IMG/VR virus record: IMGVR_UViG_3300008267_000092
Location: 24,022 to 88,021 of that record
Reading direction: 5' to 3' (one strand)
From: a virus
Taxonomy: Duplodnaviria > Heunggongvirae > Uroviricota > Caudoviricetes > Crassvirales
Length of the DNA: 64,000 nt
In this document: positions 30,468 through 39,222 of the stretch, piece by piece
Numbering within the stretch: position 1 is the first letter of the stretch
How the letters are laid out: every line of letters starts with the position of its first letter
Program-made: the position numbers and the translations under genes
Notes under the pieces: model-generated
Databases searched by the model: none
What the model saw: the letters and a program-made list of their open reading frames with translations, nothing else
What the model was told of the DNA's origin: nothing

Positions 30468-30638
30468 ATTAAAAGTATTTAGTTTTGTGCATTGATTTGT
30501 AGGCTACTTCGTTATCGTAAATGCTGCTATATCTATTTTACCTGTATTACCAAGTTCATATTCTTTTAAAAATTCTTCTGCTGTTGGTATTGTGTTTAAA
30601 TTTTCCATAACTTCTATTTGTTTTAAATTAATATTTAG

Positions 30639-30713
30639 TGGTCAGAATGGGACTCGAACCCATGTAACAGTCTTCCATGCAGTGTCTGTACCTTGCCACT
30701 CAGTCACCTGACC
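30639..30713 (-). tRNA. tRNA-like gene (75 nt), canonical acceptor stem and T-arm but non-canonical D/anticodon arms; possible tRNA-Pro(UGG)-derived pseudogene
   Basis: reverse complement GGTCAGG...ATGGGTTCGAGTCCCATTCTGACCA: 7-bp acceptor helix, perfect T-stem with TTCGAGT loop; anticodon stem does not pair cleanly in my manual fold. Confidence 0.4.
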
Positions 30714-31075
30714 ATTTTCTTCATGTGAGGACACTTATTTATTAGCACCTTTCTCTTATTAAAATACCTTGTTTACTGCTCAGTGTGGTATCAACTGTAA
30801 TAACTAATAAGAGTTAAGGTCACGTAGTTAATTCGCAGAAAGTTTCTAATGTTTCAGTTCTACCTTATAACTACTTGCTGAGACTCATTTGTGTTGTGTG
30901 GAACCATTCATTATCCACCTTAACTCGCATATTCCTTTCTCAAGGGAACAACACATCTAGGATTTCTCCATTACTACCAGAATTGACTTGTTACAGCCTA
31001 TCTTCATAATACCCTGTAATTCAGGATTAGTATCTTTATGTAAATTTAAAAGTTTTGCTTTTATTAAACTACCGA

Positions 31076-31102
31076 CCCACTAAGTAGACCCACTAAGTAG
31101 AC
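31076..31102. repeat. tandem direct repeat 2x CCCACTAAGTAGAC
   Basis: exact 13-14 nt unit repeated head-to-tail, followed by hairpin + T7 at 31106-31129. Confidence 0.6.
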
Positions 31103-31105
31103 CAG

Positions 31106-31129
31106 GTGAGATTAGAACTCACTTTTTTT
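31106..31129 (+). terminator. short hairpin GTGAG-attagaa-CTCAC followed by TTTTTTT
   Basis: 5-bp stem + T-run. Confidence 0.35.
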
Positions 31130-31204
31130 AAATTTACAAACCATCAATGTTTAGGGTATATTTTAACTATTTTACATTTTTTACAAACGGTAAAGTACTC
31201 CCAT

Positions 31205-31360
31205 TTACTTTTTATTTTTAAATATTAATTTTGCTGAGATATACATCCCAAATATAAAAATTCCTATTCCTAACCATGCGTCGATATGGTTAAAACTCCA
31301 GATTGACGTAAATATCAAAAATACTGTTGTTAATGTAATTTTTGTAAATTTATTTACCAT
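31205..31360 (-). CDS. small membrane protein (51 aa), paralog of 32414-32566
   Basis: MVNKFTKITLTTVFLIFTSIWSFNHIDAWLGIGIFIFGMYISAKLIFKNKK; shares IW(S/I)FNH(I/V)DAW(L/V)GIG..(F/V)..G.YISAKL core with the second copy; unlisted (<60 aa). Confidence 0.55.
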   Translation of the reverse strand: MVNKFTKITLTTVFLIFTSIWSFNHIDAWLGIGIFIFGMYISAKLIFKNKK

Positions 31361-31378
31361 AATTTATTTATTATTAAA

Positions 31379-31584
31379 AACCAACACATCCATCAAGATT
31401 GGGATAAGTTAGAAGTTTTACGTTCAATATTAGTAGGAATTATTGAGCACTGCTCCACCATACTTTTCACTTATCTTACTCAATAAACATAACACTTCTT
31501 GTAGCGTTAGTGATAGTGAGCTACAGCATTTTATCTCACAGAGCTGTTATCACTTTGTCTACCTTTCTATGTGTTGGTTTATTT
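31379..31584 (-). repeat. conserved ~200-bp intergenic element, copy 1, bounded by 11-bp inverted repeat AACCAACACAT / ATGTGTTGGTT
   Basis: blocks CCAACACATCCATCAAGATTGGGATA, AACATAACACTTCTTG, TCTATGTGTTGGTTTATTTT shared with copy 2. Confidence 0.6.
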
Positions 31585-31585
31585 T

Positions 31586-32395
31586 TTATCTTACTGTCTT
31601 AACAAATGGTAAACCACTACCACCAGCATAGGTTGATGGTAAAACACCATTCCAACGGTTAATTGTTTTTTCTTGTAACACTTCTGGTGTTAAACCTCTA
31701 GAACGAATAATAGATTGTTCTGTTTTTAAAATTTCCAATTCATTCTTTTTCTTTTGTTCTGAAATTAATTGGTCCAATACTGAAATATTTGTATTTACTT
31801 CATTACGATTATCAATTTTTTCTTTAACTTTCTTAGAGAAATCTAAATTTAAACTGAAACTGATTAATTCTAAACCAGATTTTTCAAATTCTTTTTTAAC
31901 AATATCTTGTACATATTGTTCAAATTTTAACGAACCTCCATTCGCCATTAATTGTTCTGTTGTGTAACTTCTAGAAGCCTCTTTAATTACATCATAAATT
32001 CTTGGTTCTAGTACGTTATCTTGCAAAGCGGACATAAAATTATCTCCAGAACCTAATCTAGAATTTTGAAATACAACGTCTACTACCCTAGTTTCAATAA
32101 CTTTAAACGAATATAAAGGTTTTGATGTAAATGCTGTATTATCAGCAGCCTTGATATTTAAAATTCGTTCAGTTCCTTCATCAGTTGTATACTGTCCTCT
32201 CTGTTCCCACGCTGGTACTTGGAATAATTCAGTTCCAGGAGCAATCGTAACAACCTTACCTTGTTGTTTAGAATAATCTGATTTACCATTCTTACCATAA
32301 TTTTCCATCAACACCCCATAATAATTAGGGGCAACCCTTGTTGTACATGAAGTTAACAACACAAAAACCAACATAACACTTAATAATTTTTTCAT
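31586..32395 (-). CDS. SPFH/band-7-like lipoprotein
   Basis: lipoprotein signal MKKLLSVMLVFVLLTSC; central SPFH-like region, C-terminal coiled coil. Confidence 0.4.
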   Translation of the reverse strand: MKKLLSVMLVFVLLTSCTTRVAPNYYGVLMENYGKNGKSDYSKQQGKVVTIAPGTELFQVPAWEQRGQYTTDEGTERILNIKAADNTAFTSKPLYSFKVIETRVVDVVFQNSRLGSGDNFMSALQDNVLEPRIYDVIKEASRSYTTEQLMANGGSLKFEQYVQDIVKKEFEKSGLELISFSLNLDFSKKVKEKIDNRNEVNTNISVLDQLISEQKKKNELEILKTEQSIIRSRGLTPEVLQEKTINRWNGVLPSTYAGGSGLPFVKTVR

Positions 32396-32413
32396 TTTTT
32401 TTTCATTTTTTTT

Positions 32414-32566
32414 TTATTTTAATTTTTTTATTAATAATTTTGCTGAGATATATAAACCTAACACAAAAACACCTATCCCAACCCAAGCGTCAACGTGATT
32501 AAAAATCCAAACAGTTCCGTAAAGGTATAAAAACGATACAATTACAACTTTAAATACTTTTTCCAT
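32414..32566 (-). CDS. small membrane protein (~50 aa), paralog of 31205-31360 (ORF track start at 32614 likely too far upstream)
   Basis: MEKVFKVVIVSFLYLYGTVWIFNHVDAWVGIGVFVLGLYISAKLLIKKLK. Confidence 0.55.
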   Translation of the reverse strand: MEKVFKVVIVSFLYLYGTVWIFNHVDAWVGIGVFVLGLYISAKLLIKKLK

Positions 32567-32589
32567 TTTTTTATTATAATTAATAATTA

Positions 32590-32812
32590 ATAAAATAAAT
32601 AACACATCCATCAAGATTGGGATACAGCATTTAAGTTAGAGTTTTAAGAAGGATATTACTCCTTACACCATTGCTTTTATCATACTCAACAAAACATAAC
32701 ACTTCTTGATAGTGTTTATAATACGCTAAAATGGATCTTGATACTTGATTCGCCCTTTAGCTTCGAGTATCCTATATTATATTGTCTGTTTTTCTATGTG
32801 TTGGTTTATTTT
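32590..32812 (-). repeat. conserved ~200-bp intergenic element, copy 2
   Basis: same three sequence blocks as copy 1 in the same order, upstream of the paralogous small membrane protein gene. Confidence 0.6.
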
Positions 32813-32820
32813 AATTTATT

Positions 32821-33396
32821 CTACCATGCTGAAGCTTCAGATGATGTACTAGAGGTTGATTGTGTAGGTGCATCAGCAACTAATCTTTCCATCATATCTC
32901 CATTTTTACGATTTAATTTTGATGGTGAAGTCTCTGCAGATTCTACAAAATCAAAATATCTTAATCCGATATATTGAGATGGTTTTTGAATAGTACCATA
33001 GGTAACAAATACATTTAAAGATTTACCTTCTGAATTATCTTTAATAAGCTTAAATAAGCTATCTAAAGCTTCTTTAGAAGTAGACACTTCAGGAAATACA
33101 AAATCTTTAGCAACTACAGCTTTAGCTGCAGATAATACTCTACCTACTGTCCAACGTTCAAGGTCTGCATTTCTTTTAGCGTCATACATTTCATTATTTT
33201 TATGATAGTAAAAACCTTGATTTACAAGACCACCATTTACATCTTTAAAAATAAGTTTGTAATCAGGTACATTATCTGCGTCACCTGGTTGTTTTTTCTC
33301 AACCGACATTGTTACATTCTCTACTTTACCTGCTACACCATTGTTGAAAATTACAACACTACTTTCGAAACTTGAATCATTTAAATTGAAACTCAT
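32821..33396 (-). CDS. hypothetical protein, possibly ssDNA-binding protein
   Basis: 191 aa, Ser/Thr/acidic C-terminal tail, position next to recombination ATPase; weak. Confidence 0.3.
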   Translation of the reverse strand: MSFNLNDSSFESSVVIFNNGVAGKVENVTMSVEKKQPGDADNVPDYKLIFKDVNGGLVNQGFYYHKNNEMYDAKRNADLERWTVGRVLSAAKAVVAKDFVFPEVSTSKEALDSLFKLIKDNSEGKSLNVFVTYGTIQKPSQYIGLRYFDFVESAETSPSKLNRKNGDMMERLVADAPTQSTSSTSSEASAW

Positions 33397-33564
33397 ATTA
33401 ATTATTATTTATTGATTATTAAAATTATTTTTTGTTAAAAACTGTTTCTATTTTTAGAAAATACCCTTCTTGGAAACAGTCAAAGCAAGACGCCAACCTA
33501 CGATTTGGAGATTTAGTGGCACTAAGTTGTGACTTATCTGTCTTCGATCCTTTGTACTTCAGGC

Positions 33565-34335
33565 TTATTCTTTTACAAAAATCTTATCCCAATGAGATGT
33601 GAATTTACCAGTTTCATCAGATTCTAGTACCACGATTTCTCTATTTTTAAGATGCTCAGGTCGAGCACCTACAGTTAAAGATTCTGCAGGTTTAAAGTTG
33701 GCAATTGTTTTATTATCTTTTCTATAAAGATATGCAATGGCATCAGATTGTGAACATACAATAGATGACAGTTTACCCGCTAAATCTAAACCTCTTGCTG
33801 TCATTTCTTTACCTTCATGCTCAATGATTTTATCTTTAGTATGTCCTGCAATAATCAATGTATCACATAATTGTTCTAATTCATTAAGAATGATTAAAAC
33901 TGCCTCCCTGAGGGGTCCGTAGCCAGCGCCATTTGCAAGCGTTCTAACATCTGTACCTTTGAAGTTTTTACCCATTGGTGTATCTAAATACAGTTTTAAT
34001 GCTAAATCTGTAGCATAGTTTTCTTCTAATGCTGAAATAGTATCAATAGTGATGTATTTATATGTGTGACTTTTATTTGATGTGTTAGATTCTTTTAATT
34101 TGTCAATAACCATCTTTAAAGCTGCAATAGGTTTTACATTTTCTTTACGAGCAATGTCTAACACATTGATTTTTAAACCTGATACAAACCCTGAACCATC
34201 TTCTAAATCTAAAATTAGATTATTTTCAAGACGGCTCAAACTTTCTGTTTTACCACATTTAGGTTGTGAAAATAATATTAACCTTTTAGGGTTAACTCTT
34301 GTAGGTTTTGTAACCTTACTTGGTAATTCTACCAT
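33565..34335 (-). CDS. RecA-superfamily P-loop ATPase (Sak4/AAA_24-like recombination protein?)
   Basis: N-terminal Walker A SQPKCGKTE, Walker B-like LIIAGH; size ~250 aa. Confidence 0.4.
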   Translation of the reverse strand: MVELPSKVTKPTRVNPKRLILFSQPKCGKTESLSRLENNLILDLEDGSGFVSGLKINVLDIARKENVKPIAALKMVIDKLKESNTSNKSHTYKYITIDTISALEENYATDLALKLYLDTPMGKNFKGTDVRTLANGAGYGPLREAVLIILNELEQLCDTLIIAGHTKDKIIEHEGKEMTARGLDLAGKLSSIVCSQSDAIAYLYRKDNKTIANFKPAESLTVGARPEHLKNREIVVLESDETGKFTSHWDKIFVKE

Positions 34336-34336
34336 A

Positions 34337-35245
34337 TTATACGTTTCTTATATTGTTAATAAATTGTTTAACTTTACTTATTCCCTGACTATCATCAGGA
34401 AGTGGTAATTCTTTAAAATAATTGACAGCTCCGTCAAAATACAAAGGACATATTGCACCAGCACCGCCTTCACGACCACCTAATATTTCTAAAAATCTGA
34501 TATTATCTTTAAAGAAAGTTATATCATATCCATAATAGTCAGGTATTTCGTGTCTAAACGGACTAAATAATCCTAAAATTACGTTTGCATCTCTAGCTGT
34601 TAATTTATTATCGGCAAGACCGTCTAATGTAGGTTTAAGTTTGTTAAACTTTTTGTTTTCAATTGATTCTTGAGCCGCGCTCTGCTGTTGAATTACTACA
34701 GGTATATAATTAAATCTATTTCTTAATTTAATTAAATAATCTGACGATAATACAGACATACTTTCATGTAATGATAATTGTACACCGTTACGTTTTTCAC
34801 TTGATATCAATGAAATGTGATCAACTATAATCATAACATATTCATCAGGATCGTTTGGTTCATAATAATCATTTACTTCTGTAAGCTTACCTTCTATTTC
34901 AATCGTACGTTTGTGTAATTTACCATTCGCTAATGCATAATCTCTTACAAGATTAAACATTCCAAAACCATGACGTATGTCATCAATAAATTCAACAATT
35001 TCTTCTATTTTATCAAAATAAACTTCATATTTTGCAATAATGTCTAATATTCCTTGAGATAAAACGTTATCTGCTTTTGTACTTTTAAGGTCTTTTGGGC
35101 TGATTCGTAACCCTTCTTTAACATATAAAATGTTTGCAAATGCGGATAACATCTTTTCTTCTTTAGACATTTCTAATGTAAAATAGAAGATTTTTAATCT
35201 AATATCTAGTTTATTATCTATTATTTGTTGTATTGTATTATACAA
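34337..35245 (-). CDS. DnaB-like replicative helicase, C-terminal portion (motifs H1a-H4) lacking Walker A
   Basis: IFYFTLEMS (H1a), YVMIIVDHISLI (Walker B/H2), QQQSAAQES (H3), ARDANVILGLFSP (H4). Confidence 0.6.
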   Translation of the reverse strand: MYNTIQQIIDNKLDIRLKIFYFTLEMSKEEKMLSAFANILYVKEGLRISPKDLKSTKADNVLSQGILDIIAKYEVYFDKIEEIVEFIDDIRHGFGMFNLVRDYALANGKLHKRTIEIEGKLTEVNDYYEPNDPDEYVMIIVDHISLISSEKRNGVQLSLHESMSVLSSDYLIKLRNRFNYIPVVIQQQSAAQESIENKKFNKLKPTLDGLADNKLTARDANVILGLFSPFRHEIPDYYGYDITFFKDNIRFLEILGGREGGAGAICPLYFDGAVNYFKELPLPDDSQGISKVKQFINNIRNV

Positions 35246-35281
35246 AAATAACCAATCCGCAATTTGTGTTTTCTTTTGAAA

Positions 35282-35752
35282 TTATACAAACCATGTAGTT
35301 TCATCATGACCCATTAACGTTAAAATGTCTTTTAATGAACGTTCACCATTACCTTTTTCTTCAAATTTTGATTTACTATTATTAAAATCAACTAAGTATA
35401 TATAATATTCTGAAGTGTTATTACCAGACTCATACATTACCCATTTTTGTACATCTGGACAAAATAAAAATCTTAAATGCATTTTATTACATATGGATAA
35501 AGGTTTTGTTAACTTTTCAATTTGTGAAGCAATATGTTTTTTTGAAGCATGTGGGTAATAGGTTTTTACAACTGTTAACAATTCATCAAAACTTCTTCTT
35601 TTTTTACCACATTGTGAATTTGTACAATGTACATCGTGATAGGTTTCACAAAAAGTATAATTGTAACTGTGTTGACCCTCATCATAACATCTTTTTAAAA
35701 AAGAAACAATTTTTTCTCTGGGGTGTTTTTCAACGTTTACATATAATTTCAT
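35282..35752 (-). CDS. Cys/His-rich ORF inside the helicase-interrupting insertion (candidate intron-encoded endonuclease)
   Basis: 156 aa, CYDEGQHSYNYTFCETYHDVHCTNSQCGKKRR; located between helicase fragments. Confidence 0.35.
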   Translation of the reverse strand: MKLYVNVEKHPREKIVSFLKRCYDEGQHSYNYTFCETYHDVHCTNSQCGKKRRSFDELLTVVKTYYPHASKKHIASQIEKLTKPLSICNKMHLRFLFCPDVQKWVMYESGNNTSEYYIYLVDFNNSKSKFEEKGNGERSLKDILTLMGHDETTWFV

Positions 35753-36012
35753 ACTATAATTTAATAATTAATTTAACTTGTTTTATTTATTTAATTTTGG
35801 TAGTCGTGGTTATAAAATTAATATTTTATATTTATAGCCTGGACTATCTCTTCATCCACGTAGGATGCTGGACGCTAATAATGTATTACATAACACGCTT
35901 GTTAAACCATTTAGTCTCTACACCTTCCTTATAAGATCGTATAAGGCTTGGCACGGTATTGTCATCTTTCAATGAGTTTCACCGTTTTCATCCAGTTTTC
36001 ATCTAAATATTA
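35753..36012 (-). ncRNA. GC-richer structured segment, candidate group I intron core interrupting DnaB-like helicase gene
   Basis: CCTGGACTATCTCTTCATCCACGTAGGATGCTGGACGCT and CTTATAAGATCGTATAAGGCTTGGCACGG paired-looking segments in otherwise AT-rich DNA. Confidence 0.35.
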
Positions 36013-36219
36013 CTATTTAGCGGAGCAAAACATACCCACTTTACTATTTGCCGAGATAAGGTAATACTTACCTTGTTCTATACCTGGTGATTCTTTCTCA
36101 AATCTTGGAAAACCCCATGGTATGCAGTTAATTTTACCTGATAATAATCTATCTCTACGTTCAGTAATAGATTTAAATACTCTATTATAAAGGCTTTTTG
36201 GTTTATTTAATAAATCCAT
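36013..36219 (-). CDS. DnaB-like helicase N-terminal fragment up to (degenerate) Walker A region
   Basis: SGKINCIPWGFPRFEKESPGIEQGKYYLISANSKVGM aligns to DnaB G..GIPTGF..LD..TGG...G.LIIIAARPSMGKT; ORF stops immediately after. Confidence 0.5.
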   Translation of the reverse strand: MDLLNKPKSLYNRVFKSITERRDRLLSGKINCIPWGFPRFEKESPGIEQGKYYLISANSKVGMFCSAK

Positions 36220-36222
36220 ACA

Positions 36223-36819
36223 TTATTTAAGTTGTGAGGTCCATCCCTCTGATTTTGTTTCAATCTCATCAATAAAAGCACTTAATTTTGAAGATTCACC
36301 GTGAGCATCTTTTTTATAAATAAAATAATCTGCCGCCTGTAAATAAGTGTAATTATTTAATGATTTAATATAAATGTCTGCCGCTTTTAAGATTTGTTCT
36401 CGACTGTATGACGGATTTTCACGCATCCATTTTAACATCTTATCTGTACAAGCACCAACACTACCCATACTACCAGGTTTCAAACCTTTCCATTTATTTC
36501 TAAATGTTTCTACAAAATCATTTAAATCTGTATTTAAAAGTCTTTCAGATTTTTTTACAACTCTTTTATTTGAAATACTCCCTACTCGATCTATAGATAC
36601 AAAATCTATAAATAACTTACCTTTTTCTCTAAGTACTACTTCATCTTTATTGTTTTGATTAATTTTAATAAATTGTTTTTTTTCTAATGATTCTAAATGA
36701 TCAAACGAGTTTTCACGAATTACACTGTCATTTAAATATAACAATGTTGTAAATTCATCAAGACTTAAATCTTGCTCGTTTAATAATTTAAAATCTAATA
36801 CGAACGCGTGGTTCTTCAT
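36223..36819 (-). CDS. hypothetical protein
   Basis: 198 aa ORF upstream of helicase. Confidence 0.4.
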   Translation of the reverse strand: MKNHAFVLDFKLLNEQDLSLDEFTTLLYLNDSVIRENSFDHLESLEKKQFIKINQNNKDEVVLREKGKLFIDFVSIDRVGSISNKRVVKKSERLLNTDLNDFVETFRNKWKGLKPGSMGSVGACTDKMLKWMRENPSYSREQILKAADIYIKSLNNYTYLQAADYFIYKKDAHGESSKLSAFIDEIETKSEGWTSQLK

Positions 36820-36905
36820 AGGCTTATTCTTTATCTATTTTACATATTACACAACCACTAATAATTAAAAACAATATTAAAAATATTGCAAACATAATAT
36901 TATGA

Positions 36906-37088
36906 TTATTCATCTAAACCTTCGTCTTCATTTAATGAAAATACAAAATCTTCAGCTAACTCTATAGTAACGTGACCTGCACCTTTACAAAGATTACATG
37001 TTGTTTTTTCTAATTTTTTATTATTTTCAGAAGGTTCAAGTGTTTCACCAACACCCATACATTTAGGACATACAATTAAGTTTGACAT
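36906..37088 (-). CDS. small DnaJ-type zinc-finger protein
   Basis: CPKCMGVGE...CNLCKGAGH (two CxxCxGxG). Confidence 0.4.
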   Translation of the reverse strand: MSNLIVCPKCMGVGETLEPSENNKKLEKTTCNLCKGAGHVTIELAEDFVFSLNEDEGLDE

Positions 37089-37291
37089 ACTTTTAAATTA
37101 TTAGTTTTTAATTTTTGATAATTGGTTTTTATTCTATTTATATCTAAATAGTCACTAATTGCATGAATACTTAATTCCATATCCAAATCTTGTTGAATAT
37201 ATTCTGCAATTAGTAATGGGTTACTTGTTTGATAATGATTCATTACCAAGTCAACAGCTAAGGCTTGTTCACTATATTTGTGATACGACAT
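37076..37291 (-). CDS. hypothetical protein
   Basis: 71 aa ORF. Confidence 0.3.
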   Translation of the reverse strand: MSYHKYSEQALAVDLVMNHYQTSNPLLIAEYIQQDLDMELSIHAISDYLDINRIKTNYQKLKTNNLKVCQT

Positions 37292-37293
37292 AA

Positions 37294-38199
37294 TTAAAAA
37301 AGTGACAGTTGATTAAAATTATTTACTTCGTCTATTATTTCTTGTGTTTTACGAATATAATATGAATAATTTATTTGATATTCGTCAAATGGTTTTTCTT
37401 TATACTCGTTAAAGATTTCAACACCTTCTCCCACATTAACATGTTGCATTGTACCCATACCATGCTTTTGTTTGAATAAATATGGTTTATTCTTGCTGAA
37501 ATAATACCTATTAAGTTGTTGCTGAATTTCGTTATTCCAATATACCACATAGTCTTTACTTATTTTATTAGATTTACAATAGTCATAGATGTGTAGGTTG
37601 TGTTTATCAGGATTTGATATATATTCATTAGGGGGTATCCCTCTAATATAATATTCATTCAATGCCTTAGATATAATTAATTCATTACATGAATCACCTA
37701 ATGGTATTTCTCTTTTATTGTCCTCATTAAAAGGTAATTTGAAAAAACCTTTACGTTTTATTTTACCACCACCTGTTTCACAAATATAATTATTGACATT
37801 TTTATAAATGATTTTATTATAATTCTCATGTTCAAATTCAAGATTAAATTTTCGAGCTGTAATATCTAAAATATCTTGATATTGTTTTAACATATGCATA
37901 GGTACTAACACTTCAATTCCGTCAGTATTTGCAGAGACAACTTGCCATTTGTTAATAATACAAATTTCAATACATTTAGTTAAAAATATTTGACCTATTA
38001 ATCGTAATCTCATTGCACCTTCAGGATAATATAACCAGCTATGGGAATTATCCAATAAACCTGATGTTGAATTAAGAATAAGTTTAAGAAATGAATCTTT
38101 AGCTTTATTTTTATTACGTTTAGCCTCAATACGTTCTGTTTTTACTTGTCTGTATCGATCTAACACTTCAGGTTGTCTAATACATCCATAATTTAACAT
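37294..38199 (-). CDS. family-B-like DNA polymerase, C-terminal fragment (motifs B and C)
   Basis: KLILNSTSGLL (KxxxNSxYG-like motif B), SANTDGIEVL (DTD motif C). Confidence 0.5.
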   Translation of the reverse strand: MLNYGCIRQPEVLDRYRQVKTERIEAKRNKNKAKDSFLKLILNSTSGLLDNSHSWLYYPEGAMRLRLIGQIFLTKCIEICIINKWQVVSANTDGIEVLVPMHMLKQYQDILDITARKFNLEFEHENYNKIIYKNVNNYICETGGGKIKRKGFFKLPFNEDNKREIPLGDSCNELIISKALNEYYIRGIPPNEYISNPDKHNLHIYDYCKSNKISKDYVVYWNNEIQQQLNRYYFSKNKPYLFKQKHGMGTMQHVNVGEGVEIFNEYKEKPFDEYQINYSYYIRKTQEIIDEVNNFNQLSLF

Positions 38200-38225
38200 T
38201 ATATTTGGATATAGTGCTTATATCC

Positions 38226-38966
38226 TTAATCCAGTATGTTTCCATCTGGCTGGACTATATCATTATTTAAAACTTTAACCCATTTAAAACCATACATTGA
38301 TGGTTTTTCACCACTACAACACGCGTAAATATTATGTACTTTATAGGTGGGATTATCAATTATAATATCCTTTACCTTTTTCCATTCTTTTATTAGTGTT
38401 GTACCGTTTTTAGAATATTGTAAAATTGTGTATTTTGTGTGAATATCCGATACCTTTTTCTTCATTTGTTCTTTTATTTCTGGATTTTCTTTCCAAAATT
38501 TAGATGAAGATTTACTTATTTTAATTCTTTCTTCAGGATTTTCATATCTTTTTTTATGTGAAATACTCATTTTAATACGTGTATTTTCATGACAAATCAT
38601 ATTTGTAGAAGAATCTCTTCTCAAATTGTATCCTAATTTAGAATCTGTTGTTTTGTAAAAATCTATCCAAAACAATTCTTTTTCTTTAATTATTGATTCA
38701 AAATCTTTAATATTTTTATCAATAATTTCAAGTACAAAATATTCAAATTTTTCTTTTCCGTATTTCCACCACGCATTTATAAAATATTGATTTTCTCTTT
38801 TGGGGTCTTTAGCGTTAAGTCCTCCAATATGATTATATATTCGTTGTCTAATATTTATAGATTTTCCAATATATTTTTTATCCGTTTCAATATTTCTAAT
38901 GCAGTAAATACCACAAAGACCCTCATGTAATTTATTTGTTTTCATATAAAATTTTATTTTATACAA
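38226..38966 (-). CDS. GIY-YIG homing endonuclease
   Basis: GIYCIRNIETDKKYIGKSINIRQRIYNH (GIY..YIG..R..H). Confidence 0.8.
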   Translation of the reverse strand: MYKIKFYMKTNKLHEGLCGIYCIRNIETDKKYIGKSINIRQRIYNHIGGLNAKDPKRENQYFINAWWKYGKEKFEYFVLEIIDKNIKDFESIIKEKELFWIDFYKTTDSKLGYNLRRDSSTNMICHENTRIKMSISHKKRYENPEERIKISKSSSKFWKENPEIKEQMKKKVSDIHTKYTILQYSKNGTTLIKEWKKVKDIIIDNPTYKVHNIYACCSGEKPSMYGFKWVKVLNNDIVQPDGNILD

Positions 38967-39222
38967 AGATACATTATTTTGAGGTAATATCCTAATTAAT
39001 TAGGGTAAATTTTACATAAATTTTATATTACTATAGCGTTTATGTGTTTTAAATACTTCCTGTTTAGTCTCTGAACCTTTATCCCATTAGGACACTTGGC
39101 TGCGGATTGACCAATCTTTATCTTTTTTACTATACTGAGGTAATTATTCTCACCACATAGTATGTTACCACCTATGTTTAGTAGATAAAGCTCTAAGGTT
39201 ATTCCCGTCAATTTAAGAAGTT
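38967..39222 (-). ncRNA. GC-richer structured segment, candidate group I intron core upstream of the GIY-YIG ORF
   Basis: GGACACTTGGCTGCGGATTGACC, GCGCCACTTTAACGC; the 70-aa ORF 39023..39235 here is probably not coding. Confidence 0.35.

Noticed and set aside
31106-31129. Possible plus-strand tRNA T-arm at GTGAG-attagaa-CTCAC
   Set aside because: The loop ATTAGAA and its reverse complement TTCTAAT do not match the T-psi-C-R-A consensus, and there are no acceptor or D arms. It was kept only as a weak terminator-like hairpin.
31443-32977. Plus-strand ORFs 31443-31631 and 32738-32977 overlapping the conserved intergenic elements
   Set aside because: They overlap the duplicated noncoding elements, they are on the opposite strand to all neighbouring genes, and they are not conserved between the two copies at the protein level.
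28706-36658. Plus-strand ORFs 28706-29071, 33737-33922, 34082-34408, 35506-35934 and 36374-36658 within the minus-strand block
   Set aside because: Each is antisense to a better-supported minus-strand gene or intron region and has no motifs. 35506-35934 overlaps the intron-like GC-rich segment.
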